From the IMG/VR virus record IMGVR_UViG_3300022890_000014, positions 64,001 to 128,000 of that record: a stretch of 64,000 bases of DNA; one strand, 5' to 3'. Made by a program: the position numbers and the translations under genes. The notes beneath the pieces are model-generated. The model ran no database searches, was not told where the DNA came from, and saw nothing but the letters and a program-made list of their open reading frames with translations. Each line of letters starts with the position of its first letter. Within the stretch, counting starts at the first letter, position 1. Positions 29,946-39,461 of the stretch are shown one piece after another. Origin of the DNA: a virus.

Positions 29946-30164
29946 ATGATTTGTAAAAACAAAGAGTGCAAGAAAGAGTTTAAAGAATCAGAAATAGATG
30001 AGTTAGAATTCTTTCATTGCTGCGATTGCGACAATATAGAGTATATCATGAGGGTGTGCCCACACTGCGGCTGTGATGTAGATGAGGAACCTGATGATTC
30101 TGCTGATGATGACAGAAAAGCTTATTTAGCACCAGCGGTTCCTCCTGAAAAAATGAAGTTCTAA
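29946..30164 (+). CDS. small Cys-rich protein
   Basis: CKNKEC, CCDC, CPHCG; GAGGTG RBS. Confidence 0.6.
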   Translation: MICKNKECKKEFKESEIDELEFFHCCDCDNIEYIMRVCPHCGCDVDEEPDDSADDDRKAYLAPAVPPEKMKF

Positions 30165-30182
30165 ATACAAGAGGTTGTACAG

Positions 30183-30482
30183 ATGCCAACAGTTCGTGAA
30201 ACAGTAGAAACAGAAGTGGAAGTAAGATTAGAGTTCCAAATGTGGTGTGGTATTTGTGGTGCTGGAATATGCCACAATACAGAGTATGTAGATGGGTCGG
30301 ATAATCACTTCAATACTTACTGTGATAGCTGCAATGAAGAGAAGGAAAATCTGGAAACTGAGAGGGATGAACTAAAAGAGTCGTGCGAGAGCATGAAAGA
30401 AGAGAACGAAGAATTGGAAGAGAAAATTGAGGAGCTAGAGGAGAAGATCAAGGAATTGGAACTAGAATCAAAACTCGAATAG
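30183..30482 (+). CDS. Zn-ribbon plus acidic coiled-coil protein
   Basis: CGICG, CDSC, Glu-rich heptads. Confidence 0.7.
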   Translation: MPTVRETVETEVEVRLEFQMWCGICGAGICHNTEYVDGSDNHFNTYCDSCNEEKENLETERDELKESCESMKEENEELEEKIEELEEKIKELELESKLE

Positions 30483-30499
30483 ATTAACGGAGAAAGATA

Positions 30500-30793
30500 G
30501 TGATTAAAAAATACACAAAGATTCCAGTAGAAATCGAAGCGATCCAATTCACTGGATACAATAACGCTCATTGCCAAGCGTTTATCGGTGATAACTTTGA
30601 CAACACAAGAAACTATCCAAACATCAAGACTGACAGAGGAGTGATGAGAGTTAACAAGGGAGATTTTATTATCAAAGGTGTCGAAGGTGAATTCTATCCA
30701 TGTGACCCAGATGTATTCAAGAAAACATATTCAAACTCAAATGAATGTGACACGGAGAAAACTAGTGAAGATAACAGTGAGAACAAGATCTGA
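30500..30793 (+). CDS. conserved phage protein (GD(F/Y)IIKG..GEFYPC family)
   Basis: KIPVEIEAIQFTG...GDFIIKGVEGEFYPCDPDVFKKTY. Confidence 0.8.
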   Translation: MIKKYTKIPVEIEAIQFTGYNNAHCQAFIGDNFDNTRNYPNIKTDRGVMRVNKGDFIIKGVEGEFYPCDPDVFKKTYSNSNECDTEKTSEDNSENKI

Positions 30794-31010
30794 CGCAGAA
30801 GTTGAGAGATGTGGTGACAGATCTGCAATACAAATACATATTGACGAGAGGAAAGTCTTTTCTGTATGTGATGGGGAGCCAGAAGACGCCACGTTGTCTA
30901 GGGACTACAATGATTGCTGGTTCATACCTGATTTGCTAGAGAAAGCTTACAATGCAGGTAAGGCTGGAGAAAAGTTTGAGCTTGTCTACGAAGACGATGA
31001 CGGCATATAA
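30765..31010 (+). CDS. hypothetical phage protein
   Basis: GTG start after GGAG; DGEPEDATLSRDYN. Confidence 0.6.
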   Translation: MKITVRTRSDAEVERCGDRSAIQIHIDERKVFSVCDGEPEDATLSRDYNDCWFIPDLLEKAYNAGKAGEKFELVYEDDDGI

Positions 31011-31031
31011 AGCACAAACGGAGAAATAACC

Positions 31032-31250
31032 ATGAAAAGATACCTACTTATCCTGTTCTACTCATTCTTCACGACGTACAGCATTGTTTTCGCAACTAAG
31101 TACACACTGATTGCCCAAGGTTTACTTAAGGGAGATGGTGATAGTAGTCACACTCTAGTACCTTCGTGGCTAGGTGCCATTGTATGGGTTGGTGCATGCC
31201 TTGTAGTATGTTCTTCTGGAGCGTTCGCTAAAAAGAAAGAGGAGAAGTAG
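31032..31250 (+). CDS. small membrane protein
   Basis: Two hydrophobic segments; GGAG RBS. Confidence 0.6.
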   Translation: MKRYLLILFYSFFTTYSIVFATKYTLIAQGLLKGDGDSSHTLVPSWLGAIVWVGACLVVCSSGAFAKKKEEK

Positions 31251-31256
31251 ATACTT

Positions 31257-31589
31257 ATGGCAAATATCAGCAAACAAAAACTCGCAGAATTGCTACGTGC
31301 AAAAGAAAAACTTAATGCCTTGGAAAATGGAGGCGTTGATAATTGGGAATGGTACGACAAATCACTGGAAGAATGGCACAAAAATAATGACCTCATCGAA
31401 TCGAGAGAAGAGCTGCTCAACGAGCTTTCCGAGGTGTTTGGTGAATGCGCCTATGAACCATCTGAACGCGGGGCTGGTATTGCATTCAACGACGATCTCA
31501 TGGAAGCAGCCATGAACGTGCTAGAAAGACATGGTGTGACTTTCACTAAAAACAAAGTGATTAGAATCTTGCTAGAGATGACATGGTAG
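31257..31589 (+). CDS. hypothetical phage protein
   Basis: LNALENGGVDNWEWY motif common in phage proteins. Confidence 0.7.
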   Translation: MANISKQKLAELLRAKEKLNALENGGVDNWEWYDKSLEEWHKNNDLIESREELLNELSEVFGECAYEPSERGAGIAFNDDLMEAAMNVLERHGVTFTKNKVIRILLEMTW

Positions 31590-31696
31590 GTACTTGTCTA
31601 AAGAACAGATCGGGTACTTTGGGTTCGATTCCCATTCAATCTTGGTGACGTGAATACCTGATCATAGTGGGGTTCGAGTCCCCGCCGCTAGCTTCA
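31571..31696 (+). ncRNA. tRNA-like structured RNA with two T-loops (not a canonical tRNA)
   Basis: GCTAG.G/C.CTAGC closing stem, GACA/TGTC arm, GATCGGGTA/TACCTGATC stem enclosing TGGGTTCGATTCCCA, terminal GTGGGGTTCGAGTCCCCGC arm. Confidence 0.5.
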
Positions 31697-31824
31697 CACA
31701 AGAGAGGTGAGAATATCATGACTGATAACTAAAAGCCTGTGTTCGAGATAAAAGAAGAGCAGTTATCAAGAGAAGAGCTTTCTAGGTACGCAACCGAAAA
31801 CGAAGAAAGGTTATCTAAAAAAGA

Positions 31825-32472
31825 ATGACATACGACACTTCAGTTAGTCCGGCCTTTATTGGCATCTCAGGAATCATAGGCGTTGGAAAATCAACACTAA
31901 CCAAAGCTCTATCAAAGAGACTTGGTATTCCTGCGCACTATGAGCCAGTAGAGGATAATGAATACCTCAAAGACTTTTACAAAGATCCAGCCAGGTATTC
32001 TTTCTCAATGCAGATCTATCTTCTCTCACGGAGGTTTGAGCAGCATCAAAGAATTATCTGGTCTGGTCTTGGTGGTATTCAGGACCGGACTATCTACGAA
32101 GATACCGTATTCGCATCCATGCTAAAAAAAGATGGCCTCATGAGTGAGAGAGACTATGAGTGCTATGCTAGACTGTTCAAGAACATGGCTAACTTCATGT
32201 GTAAGCCAAGCCTAATCATCCATCTAGATGCAGCACCAGAAGAAGCCATATCAAGAGCAAGGCAAAGAAATCGTGAAGCAGAGAGCACTCTGTCTCTTGA
32301 GTACATGACAAAGTTGTATAATGAATATCAGGTGTTCATTAATGAGATTAGCGAGTCGATCAAAGTCATAAGAGTCAACTGGGGAATATCATCACTAGAG
32401 ACAACAGATACGGTCGCAGACAAGATTCTCAAAGCTCTTGACCAAAAAACACTAAACAATATGGTGAAGTAA
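31825..32472 (+). CDS. deoxynucleoside kinase
   Basis: GIIGVGKST, EPV, FSMQIYLLSRRF, QDRTIYED. Confidence 0.9.
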   Translation: MTYDTSVSPAFIGISGIIGVGKSTLTKALSKRLGIPAHYEPVEDNEYLKDFYKDPARYSFSMQIYLLSRRFEQHQRIIWSGLGGIQDRTIYEDTVFASMLKKDGLMSERDYECYARLFKNMANFMCKPSLIIHLDAAPEEAISRARQRNREAESTLSLEYMTKLYNEYQVFINEISESIKVIRVNWGISSLETTDTVADKILKALDQKTLNNMVK

Positions 32473-32732
32473 TGTCTGATGTGAAAAAGACGATATATGC
32501 CGAAAATAATGCCGACACGTTCAACAGAATCGCAAGAGACAAAGATCAGAACCAAAACAGTGAGAGATTCAAGAAGAAAGATCCATATGGAAGGAAGTGG
32601 GACATCACCAACTACAAAGTTCATTACTGCGACATTGATTGCAAGATGAAGCTATACCTAAATGGCGCTGAAGTGGATCTTCCTAACAACACGAGAGAGC
32701 GATTCGCAACACATGTGAACGGAGCAGCATAA
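32472..32732 (+). CDS. hypothetical protein
   Basis: TAATG-coupled ORF. Confidence 0.6.
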   Translation: MSDVKKTIYAENNADTFNRIARDKDQNQNSERFKKKDPYGRKWDITNYKVHYCDIDCKMKLYLNGAEVDLPNNTRERFATHVNGAA

Positions 32733-32759
32733 AGAAAGCGCAGGTGCTTTCAGTACCGT

Positions 32760-33065
32760 TTAGTGCCATACAGTGGGTATCATTTCGATGCCCATTTTTT
32801 TATGAACATACAACGATACCATTCCCTCTACTGCTATCAACTGTCCAGAGCCGCACCACTCTGGAATTCTCGCTCTCTTTCCTTCTGCCTTTCTCATGCT
32901 CCGGAGTGCCCCTGCTGTTGTAATAACTATTGGTCTCTTCTGCCCAAACTTATCTATTCGCCATTTCACTACCGACACTGTATCTGAATGATTAATGATT
33001 TGATCAAGAAGATCATTTTCCTCTACAAGAATGTCCTTTACTTCTCTCATGATAACTTTACTCAT
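32760..33065 (-). CDS. hypothetical protein
   Basis: GAGGTG RBS. Confidence 0.65.
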   Translation of the reverse strand: MSKVIMREVKDILVEENDLLDQIINHSDTVSVVKWRIDKFGQKRPIVITTAGALRSMRKAEGKRARIPEWCGSGQLIAVEGMVSLYVHKKMGIEMIPTVWH

Positions 33066-33168
33066 AACTCACCTCTGCGTTACGAACTTTTTTTAGATAA
33101 GCGAAGCAGAGTGCTACACGTCTCTATTGGTCTTATACTCATATGCGTAAGCCTTACGCAAGTAATAT

Positions 33169-33336
33169 TTACATGATATTTCTTACGCATGAAGTTAATT
33201 CTAGAAAGAACGCACGAATGCGCTCTAGTTGTCTTCCCACCTCTTCTTTTAACCATTCAGCACCAAAACACGTAGACTTGTATAATTTAGACACTAGCGA
33301 TTTTGGGTCCACGAATACTATTTTAACATTTCTCAT
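33169..33336 (-). CDS. 55-aa hypothetical protein (not in ORF track)
   Basis: MRNVKIVFVDPK...VRNIM; same AGAGGTGAGTTATGAG start context as the gene starting at 33065. Confidence 0.5.
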   Translation of the reverse strand: MRNVKIVFVDPKSLVSKLYKSTCFGAEWLKEEVGRQLERIRAFFLELTSCVRNIM

Positions 33337-33406
33337 AACTCACCTCTATTGTTGTGATTAATTAGAACTATCATTCTTATACCAATATAATAAATAAAAA
33401 TAGTTC

Positions 33407-33435
33407 TTGACATCCATCTTGATATGATGTATACT
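33407..33435 (+). promoter_or_regulatory. consensus-like sigma70 promoter
   Basis: TTGACA-N17-TATACT with AT-rich upstream region. Confidence 0.8.
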
Positions 33436-33476
33436 GTTAATCAAAGATCATAAAACACTGTAAGGAGTGATGCGAT

Positions 33477-33692
33477 ATGGGAAACAAATGGGGCGGTAAA
33501 AGAAAAGGTTCTGGCAGACCACTAGGAAGCGTTTCAGGGAATAAGAAGAAAGAGATAATATCTTTCAGGGTTGATGATGATGTGTACGAGCAATTGTCGG
33601 AACTAGGAAAGAAGAAGGGTGTGTCAGAAAACATAGTCTCTAGGGATATTATAAAATCAACACTAGTTAAGTTCAAGCTTGCTGGTGCGTAA
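33477..33692 (+). CDS. ribbon-helix-helix (Arc/CopG-like) DNA-binding protein
   Basis: WGGKRKGSGRP tail plus ISFRVDDDVYEQLSELGKKKGVS. Confidence 0.7.
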   Translation: MGNKWGGKRKGSGRPLGSVSGNKKKEIISFRVDDDVYEQLSELGKKKGVSENIVSRDIIKSTLVKFKLAGA

Positions 33693-33702
33693 GGCTTACG
33701 CA

Positions 33703-34029
33703 ATGACTACATTAGAAGAAATTAAGAAATCCCATCCAGAAGTAGAATCAAAACTTGACTGTCAGTACGGGCAGTATCTCGGAGTAACAGCAGAAAGATG
33801 GAAGCAAGCTAAAGATGTCTACCTAGCAGAGATACTTACTGGACATCACAGCAACGATAAAATTAGTACATGGAAGGCAAGAGACCTAGTCAAGTCTGCA
33901 TTGAACTTTGAGCCGAAAGGAATTTGCAGCACTTACGAAGAAGATGACGAGATTTTTATGGAGGATGAGTTTTCTGGAAATGAGCTTAGAGGTGCATATC
34001 TTTCAGGAATACTTAGTGTCACTAAATAG
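33703..34029 (+). CDS. hypothetical protein
   Basis: ATG immediately follows a palindrome. Confidence 0.65.
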   Translation: MTTLEEIKKSHPEVESKLDCQYGQYLGVTAERWKQAKDVYLAEILTGHHSNDKISTWKARDLVKSALNFEPKGICSTYEEDDEIFMEDEFSGNELRGAYLSGILSVTK

Positions 34030-34046
34030 TTAATTGGAGAAAGTCT

Positions 34047-34718
34047 ATGAAAGAAGATCTAAACAAGTATGTGGCGCAAGCAGAACCTTACGACTTTACT
34101 ATACAGAACAGAGTAGCGTATCATAAGAATCAAGCGTACTATGTCATAGTATCGAAAGAGAAAGGTTCACATCCTAAGATATGGAGAAACATAGCATTCA
34201 CAGATGATATTATGGCTCAACTATTCTTTGACCAAGAAGCATTCGCTATACCATCAGTGTTTATGCCAAATAGGTATTCAATAGAGAGAATTCATAATCG
34301 AAGAATGGAAGAGTCCAAGGATATTGTAATATACGATTACCCGAAAGAACTCAATTTAGTTATGAATGCTGGGTTCGATGGTATGGGTATCAGTGTGAAG
34401 ATGAAGATTCACCGTGGGGACAATGCGGATACAGTATATTATACAGGAAGATTCTTCACGCTTGGCTTCGGTGAAAACAACGAAGTCATGAATATGAATG
34501 ATAACTTTGATGAGGATGACTGTGAGAAGCAAGACAGAATGATAGAATCCCAGAGTCAGATGTTTGGCATACGACTTAGACCAGGGTGCTTTTCTCCTGA
34601 AAGAAAGTCATACATATCTATGAGAGCAGATGGTATTCCTGGGTTGTGGTATATATCTATAGGAGAAAGAAGAGAAAAGCTTAGAGATAGAATGAGGGTT
34701 TATCGAGAGAAACTTTAG
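34047..34718 (+). CDS. hypothetical protein
   Basis: GGAG RBS. Confidence 0.75.
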   Translation: MKEDLNKYVAQAEPYDFTIQNRVAYHKNQAYYVIVSKEKGSHPKIWRNIAFTDDIMAQLFFDQEAFAIPSVFMPNRYSIERIHNRRMEESKDIVIYDYPKELNLVMNAGFDGMGISVKMKIHRGDNADTVYYTGRFFTLGFGENNEVMNMNDNFDEDDCEKQDRMIESQSQMFGIRLRPGCFSPERKSYISMRADGIPGLWYISIGERREKLRDRMRVYREKL

Positions 34719-34839
34719 TATGCGTAAGGCTTACGCACTAGTCGCTCATTGGTTTTACACTATGTTTATTCCGCAGTTGATAATGCCTAGGGCTTCTTTT
34801 GTTAATACTACTATGTCAGTCATGACGGCCTCATGTTTG

Positions 34840-35628
34840 TTAGGGAATGTACTCAACGCCTTGTTGGATGGTGAAATTGGAAAAGTCTACATCCGCGTTA
34901 ACCGCACCAATACCAAGTGCGGAAAGCTGGCAAAGACAGGGAACCCCAACTTGATCCATCGCCTGAAACCCACTGATTGCTACCCAGCTTGATTCTGATG
35001 GTGCAGGAGTCTCAGCACTAAGGGAATAGTATATCTGAACGAAATCACCGAGCAAGACTATCCGCACCCAGCACTCATGCACATTGGGCATTATGGTATT
35101 AACAAAACTGGCCCCTGCGTAGCTCTGCATATAGCTAGCAGTGTCCGAGGAGTTGCGAACTAGGGACGCTATTACTATATGACTACCGCTGACAGTGTTT
35201 GCTAGAGTGATTCTGTTCTGAGTGTTTGGGATTATGGAACTTATGTAGCATTGTACAGATATAGGTAAATAAGTAATAACTTTACTACTGAGTTCTGCAT
35301 AAGTAAATGGCGCACCTGCTACATCATAGATATGCAACCTGCTTGCAACTGCTGTGATAGTTGAACCTCCCGCAGTTGTCAGAGTCCAATCAGCATCAAG
35401 CAAAGCACCCGCCCCATCCACAATAGCCGACAGATCGTTTTCGTACCGGCCATCCAGTGCCATTTTCTTATCAGCACTTGCGCCAGTAGGAAACGAAGCT
35501 TTTTGGTCAGCGGTAAGGAATTGAGTATCACTGGCTAGCGCCACAGGGTCCGTGACATCTGCTGTATTGGGATATGAAGCTTTTTGGTCAGCAGATAAGG
35601 AGGAATATAGTGTGCTTATCTTTGTCAT
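34840..35628 (-). CDS. fibre/decoration-like virion protein, paralog 4
   Basis: LTADQKAS repeats; beta-rich C-terminal domain ending QQGVEYIP. Confidence 0.6.
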   Translation of the reverse strand: MTKISTLYSSLSADQKASYPNTADVTDPVALASDTQFLTADQKASFPTGASADKKMALDGRYENDLSAIVDGAGALLDADWTLTTAGGSTITAVASRLHIYDVAGAPFTYAELSSKVITYLPISVQCYISSIIPNTQNRITLANTVSGSHIVIASLVRNSSDTASYMQSYAGASFVNTIMPNVHECWVRIVLLGDFVQIYYSLSAETPAPSESSWVAISGFQAMDQVGVPCLCQLSALGIGAVNADVDFSNFTIQQGVEYIP

Positions 35629-35637
35629 GGTAGCCTC

Positions 35638-36531
35638 CTATGGTACGTACTGTACGCTACGCTGGATGGTTAAATTTGAGAAGGCATATGTAGACGCTAA
35701 AGCAACTGGACCTTGCAACATCAGGTTGAAATAAGATGGAGTCATGATACTTGACACTGTTTGCGGAGCAACAGTTATCTTGATCCAGTCGGATTCCGAA
35801 GGAGGATCTGTCTCTAGGTTGGTAGAATAATAACCCTGTGCAATCCCACCTAGGAGAACTGTCCTCAACCAACATCCCATGGCAGGTGCGCCATAAACTA
35901 TAGTATTTACCCCTGTAACGGTGCTTGCCACGAAAAACCCTCCGGCTAGATTACCATACTGCAAAATTACTTTGTTTGCTATAGCCGTACCTGCAAATGA
36001 ATTTAGATAGGCCCAAGCATACGAACCCAACACAGGAGCCGCAGAGTACATATATAGTTGCATCGATATTGGCAAATAATCAAAAGTCGGGCTATTTAAA
36101 GTCAGTCTCGGTAGACCTGCCCCCGCTCCGTGATGGAGTTGAAGCCTATTCGCAACGGTTGTGATAGTGGAACCAACGGGGACGTATAAACTCCAATCAG
36201 GATCAAGCAATGCCCCTGCTGCGTCCACGACAGCCGACAAATCATTCTCGTATCTCCCATCCAGCATGATCTGATTGTCAGCATCAGCAGTGGCCGGAAA
36301 GCTCGCCTTCTGATCCGCTGTCGCAAATCTAGCATCACTGGCCAATGCCAGCGGATTTGCTAAGTTAGCACCTACGGGAAAAGAGGCTGCTTGTGCAGCC
36401 GTAAGTATTTTGCTATTGCTCTTGATAGTCAACGGGTCTAGTGGTCCAGCGCCGTCTGGGAATGCGGCAACCTGATCAGCAGTAAGCCCGTTGGCTATTA
36501 ACAGATATTCTTTACCATTTGTTCGAGACAT
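35638..36531 (-). CDS. fibre/decoration-like virion protein, paralog 3
   Basis: Same architecture; ends QRSVQYVP. Confidence 0.6.
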   Translation of the reverse strand: MSRTNGKEYLLIANGLTADQVAAFPDGAGPLDPLTIKSNSKILTAAQAASFPVGANLANPLALASDARFATADQKASFPATADADNQIMLDGRYENDLSAVVDAAGALLDPDWSLYVPVGSTITTVANRLQLHHGAGAGLPRLTLNSPTFDYLPISMQLYMYSAAPVLGSYAWAYLNSFAGTAIANKVILQYGNLAGGFFVASTVTGVNTIVYGAPAMGCWLRTVLLGGIAQGYYSTNLETDPPSESDWIKITVAPQTVSSIMTPSYFNLMLQGPVALASTYAFSNLTIQRSVQYVP

Positions 36532-36566
36532 GTCTTTTCCTTATGCGTAAGGCTTACGCACTAAGA

Positions 36567-37436
36567 TTATGGGACGTACTTGACGCCCTGCTGGACGGTT
36601 AGATTGGAAAAGTCAAACGTAGAAGCTACACCAACTCCATTTGTAGTATAGAATCTAAGTCTAAATGGAGTCACAAGTGAGCTTACTGTTTGGAATGTAT
36701 TTATAGCTGTCCAGTCACTTTCTGATGGAGGATCGGCTTCCAGATTGGTGGAATAAAAAACTTGTAGTTTCCCACCTAGTAAAACTAATCTTAACCAACA
36801 ACCTGAAACAAGAGCTATATTAGTAGATACAAGTGTTGCACCCACGTAACTGTTAATTTCACTATTTCCACCAGCATCTCTACCTAATGCTACAGATACT
36901 AAATTTGCTGCTGTTACTGGTGATGCTAATTCGATAGCTGCTTCGGTTTCATTTACAGGGATGACTGAGTTGACGTATGCCTGTACGGAGATAGGAAGGT
37001 ATCCAAAAATAGGGCTATTAAGAGTGGCGACTGGCTCACCAGCGCCAGCATCTCGAAATATCCGAAACCTACCACCGACATTAGTTAGTGATGTATTAGC
37101 AATTGCTGTTTTAGTCCAGTTTACATCTGTCTCTGCTGTGGATAAATCATCTACATACAATCCGCTCAATGCCAACTGTTCATCAGCATCAACTCCTGTG
37201 GGGATACTTGCTTTCTCATCAGATGTTAGAAAACTAGAATCACTAGCTAAAGCTACAGGATTTATACCACTAGCCAATACTGGGATTGATGCTTTCTGAT
37301 CTGCTGTGAGTATTTCGCCATCGCTCTCTAGCAATAATGGATCTGCTGCGCTTGCCCCTGTTGGGACTGACGCAATCTGGCTAGGAGTAAGCCCGTTGAC
37401 TACATCGCTATACTCTATGCCGTCTGTTCTTGACAT
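36567..37436 (-). CDS. fibre/decoration-like virion protein, paralog 2
   Basis: Same architecture; ends QQGVKYVP. Confidence 0.6.
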   Translation of the reverse strand: MSRTDGIEYSDVVNGLTPSQIASVPTGASAADPLLLESDGEILTADQKASIPVLASGINPVALASDSSFLTSDEKASIPTGVDADEQLALSGLYVDDLSTAETDVNWTKTAIANTSLTNVGGRFRIFRDAGAGEPVATLNSPIFGYLPISVQAYVNSVIPVNETEAAIELASPVTAANLVSVALGRDAGGNSEINSYVGATLVSTNIALVSGCWLRLVLLGGKLQVFYSTNLEADPPSESDWTAINTFQTVSSLVTPFRLRFYTTNGVGVASTFDFSNLTVQQGVKYVP

Positions 37437-37482
37437 GACTTTTCCTTTTGGAGATATTGTTTACGTTGTTGCGACATAGTAT

Positions 37483-38370
37483 TTAAGGGATATATTCTAC
37501 TCCGTGCTGGACTTTAAGATTTGAAAAGTCAGTTCTTGCATTTAGACCACCTAAGCCCAATGCTGAAAGTTGCAAGAAAGAAGGTGTTCCAACTCGGTCC
37601 ATTGCCTGGAAACCATTAACTGATGTCCAGTCAGATTCAGAAGGAGGATTAGATTCTATATTAGTCGAGTAATACATCTGCACTGAATCTCCAAGAAGAA
37701 CTAATCTTAACCAACATTCATAAATGTTAGCTATAGCTGTGCTAACAAGTGAGCTACCTGCATAGCTTTGTATAGTGCTGATAGTATCAATAGTGTTTCT
37801 GTCTAGAAAAATTCTTGCCAATATAGTACCTGTGCTTGAGTATAACCCTAAACTAGATTGCGTTCCACCTGCCGCTATTACAGAACTTACATAGCATTGA
37901 ATAGCGATAGGTAAATAATTAAAGACTGGAGTACTGAGAGTTGCAGATGTTAGAGGCAGTGCCGTTATATCATAAAGACGCAGCCTGTTTGCAACAGTGA
38001 TGATTGTTGATCCACCAGCAGTAGATAGAGTCCAGTTCGGATCTAATAAAACCCCTGCACCATCCACGACAGCCGACAGATCATTTTCGTACTTGCCATC
38101 TAGCTCAAGCTGTTTGCTCGCACTAGCGCCAGTAGGAATACTGGCTTTCTCATCAGCCGTAAGGAATCTCGCGTCACTAGCTAATGCCAATGGATTTATA
38201 GCTGTCGCCAACGCAGGAATACTAGCAGCCTGATCTAGTGTGAGTATCTTTGGATTACTCTCAAGTATCAGTGGATTTACAGCAGTAGCCAGTGCTGGTA
38301 CGGATGCAACCTCATCAGGAGTAAGCCCAGTTGCTATGTCGCTGTACTCTTCTCCGCTTACTCTTCCCAT
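37483..38370 (-). CDS. fibre/decoration-like virion protein, paralog 1
   Basis: Same architecture; ends QHGVEYIP. Confidence 0.6.
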   Translation of the reverse strand: MGRVSGEEYSDIATGLTPDEVASVPALATAVNPLILESNPKILTLDQAASIPALATAINPLALASDARFLTADEKASIPTGASASKQLELDGKYENDLSAVVDGAGVLLDPNWTLSTAGGSTIITVANRLRLYDITALPLTSATLSTPVFNYLPIAIQCYVSSVIAAGGTQSSLGLYSSTGTILARIFLDRNTIDTISTIQSYAGSSLVSTAIANIYECWLRLVLLGDSVQMYYSTNIESNPPSESDWTSVNGFQAMDRVGTPSFLQLSALGLGGLNARTDFSNLKVQHGVEYIP

Positions 38371-38428
38371 GATATTTCCTCTGCGTAAGCCTTACGCAAT
38401 GAAAGGTTTGCCTGATATGTCTTACTCA

Positions 38429-38884
38429 CTAACCAATAGTATCTTGCCACTTGATGTATATTGTTGCTTTGCATGCCACAGTAGTAACACCGATACTGGT
38501 AAGTTCAAGCTTGTCACCAACCATAAGAGTTGGCAATTCATCTCTTGTCTCATTGAACGAAAAATCGCCAGCAGCAGCCGCAGTAAGAAGGATGAATTCG
38601 TCTGCTCCACGGATTCTTTTTAGGACCCACGATGTTGTGCCAGCACCAAAGGTAAAGTCAATCTGTGTTACTTTGAGCGGCTTTGGATGTCCGAAAGTGA
38701 ACAGTCCTGCTCTGTCGTTAACAGAGTCATGAGGGACTTTGAATGTACCTTTATCGAATACACCAGCATCAGCATGACCTGCGGTGTCTTCATTTGTTGG
38801 TTGTAGTCCGTCAAAAACAATTCCTATGTCTAAGTTTTGTTCATAGGCAACTGGATACACACTGCCCATTATTCGTCTAGCCAT
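38429..38884 (-). CDS. putative virion protein
   Basis: Beta-rich ORF in the structural operon. Confidence 0.6.
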   Translation of the reverse strand: MARRIMGSVYPVAYEQNLDIGIVFDGLQPTNEDTAGHADAGVFDKGTFKVPHDSVNDRAGLFTFGHPKPLKVTQIDFTFGAGTTSWVLKRIRGADEFILLTAAAAGDFSFNETRDELPTLMVGDKLELTSIGVTTVACKATIYIKWQDTIG

Positions 38885-38889
38885 TATCT

Positions 38890-39264
38890 TTACCTATCTT
38901 GGTGAATGTTATACATCTTTAGGAGAGCACTCTTTAGTGAGTCAATTATCTCTTTTTTTTGCTCTTCTGTCAATTCGCCACGGGTCGGAAACATCACCTG
39001 ATAGCACTTTTTGCTGTTTGGTTCGCACACCATATCTCTATCATCGATAACTCTCACATGTATACCAGATCTAGAGCCAGATATAGTTTCTATTTGTTCA
39101 TTTGTAAAAAACGTTCCAGGCTCTTGCATTCTTTTAGTGAACCTTTGTGTCATAGGCAGACTGGATGCGTTTATAGGTGAGTTGCTTTCAATCCTGTCCA
39201 TAAACATTTGATTGTATTCTTCTGCGGTTTTTTCTTTACTCATTATCTTCTCCAAATCTAACAT
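38890..39264 (-). CDS. hypothetical protein, weakly resembling the capsid N-terminus
   Basis: YNQMFMDRIE resembles FNRLFVKRLG; see findings. Confidence 0.5.
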   Translation of the reverse strand: MLDLEKIMSKEKTAEEYNQMFMDRIESNSPINASSLPMTQRFTKRMQEPGTFFTNEQIETISGSRSGIHVRVIDDRDMVCEPNSKKCYQVMFPTRGELTEEQKKEIIDSLKSALLKMYNIHQDR

Positions 39265-39461
39265 TCTTTAGAGTGATAGATTTTCCAAGACTTCTGCCAC
39301 GTATAAACACACAGTTTTCAGATATTAGCATTTCAAAAATCTTTGTACTAAGATTTTACAGTCTCTCTTTTTCACTAACAGAAAAACTCTTAATCACACC
39401 AATCGGCATTGAGGGATCTACAACAACACCTATACCGTTGATTTCTTGATATTCTTTCTTG

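Noticed and set aside
31571-31696. Canonical tRNA or tRNA-Sec gene
   Set aside because: No 7-nt anticodon loop at the expected place and no CCA end; kept only as a tRNA-like RNA.
33143-34992. ORF-track entries beginning MRKPYA/MRKAYA (e.g. 33143, 33437-33703, 34720, also 51614) as a peptide family
   Set aside because: These are artefacts of (A/T)TG overlapping the palindrome. Real starts with an RBS lie downstream (717, 17986, 33703), or the ORFs are antisense to real genes.
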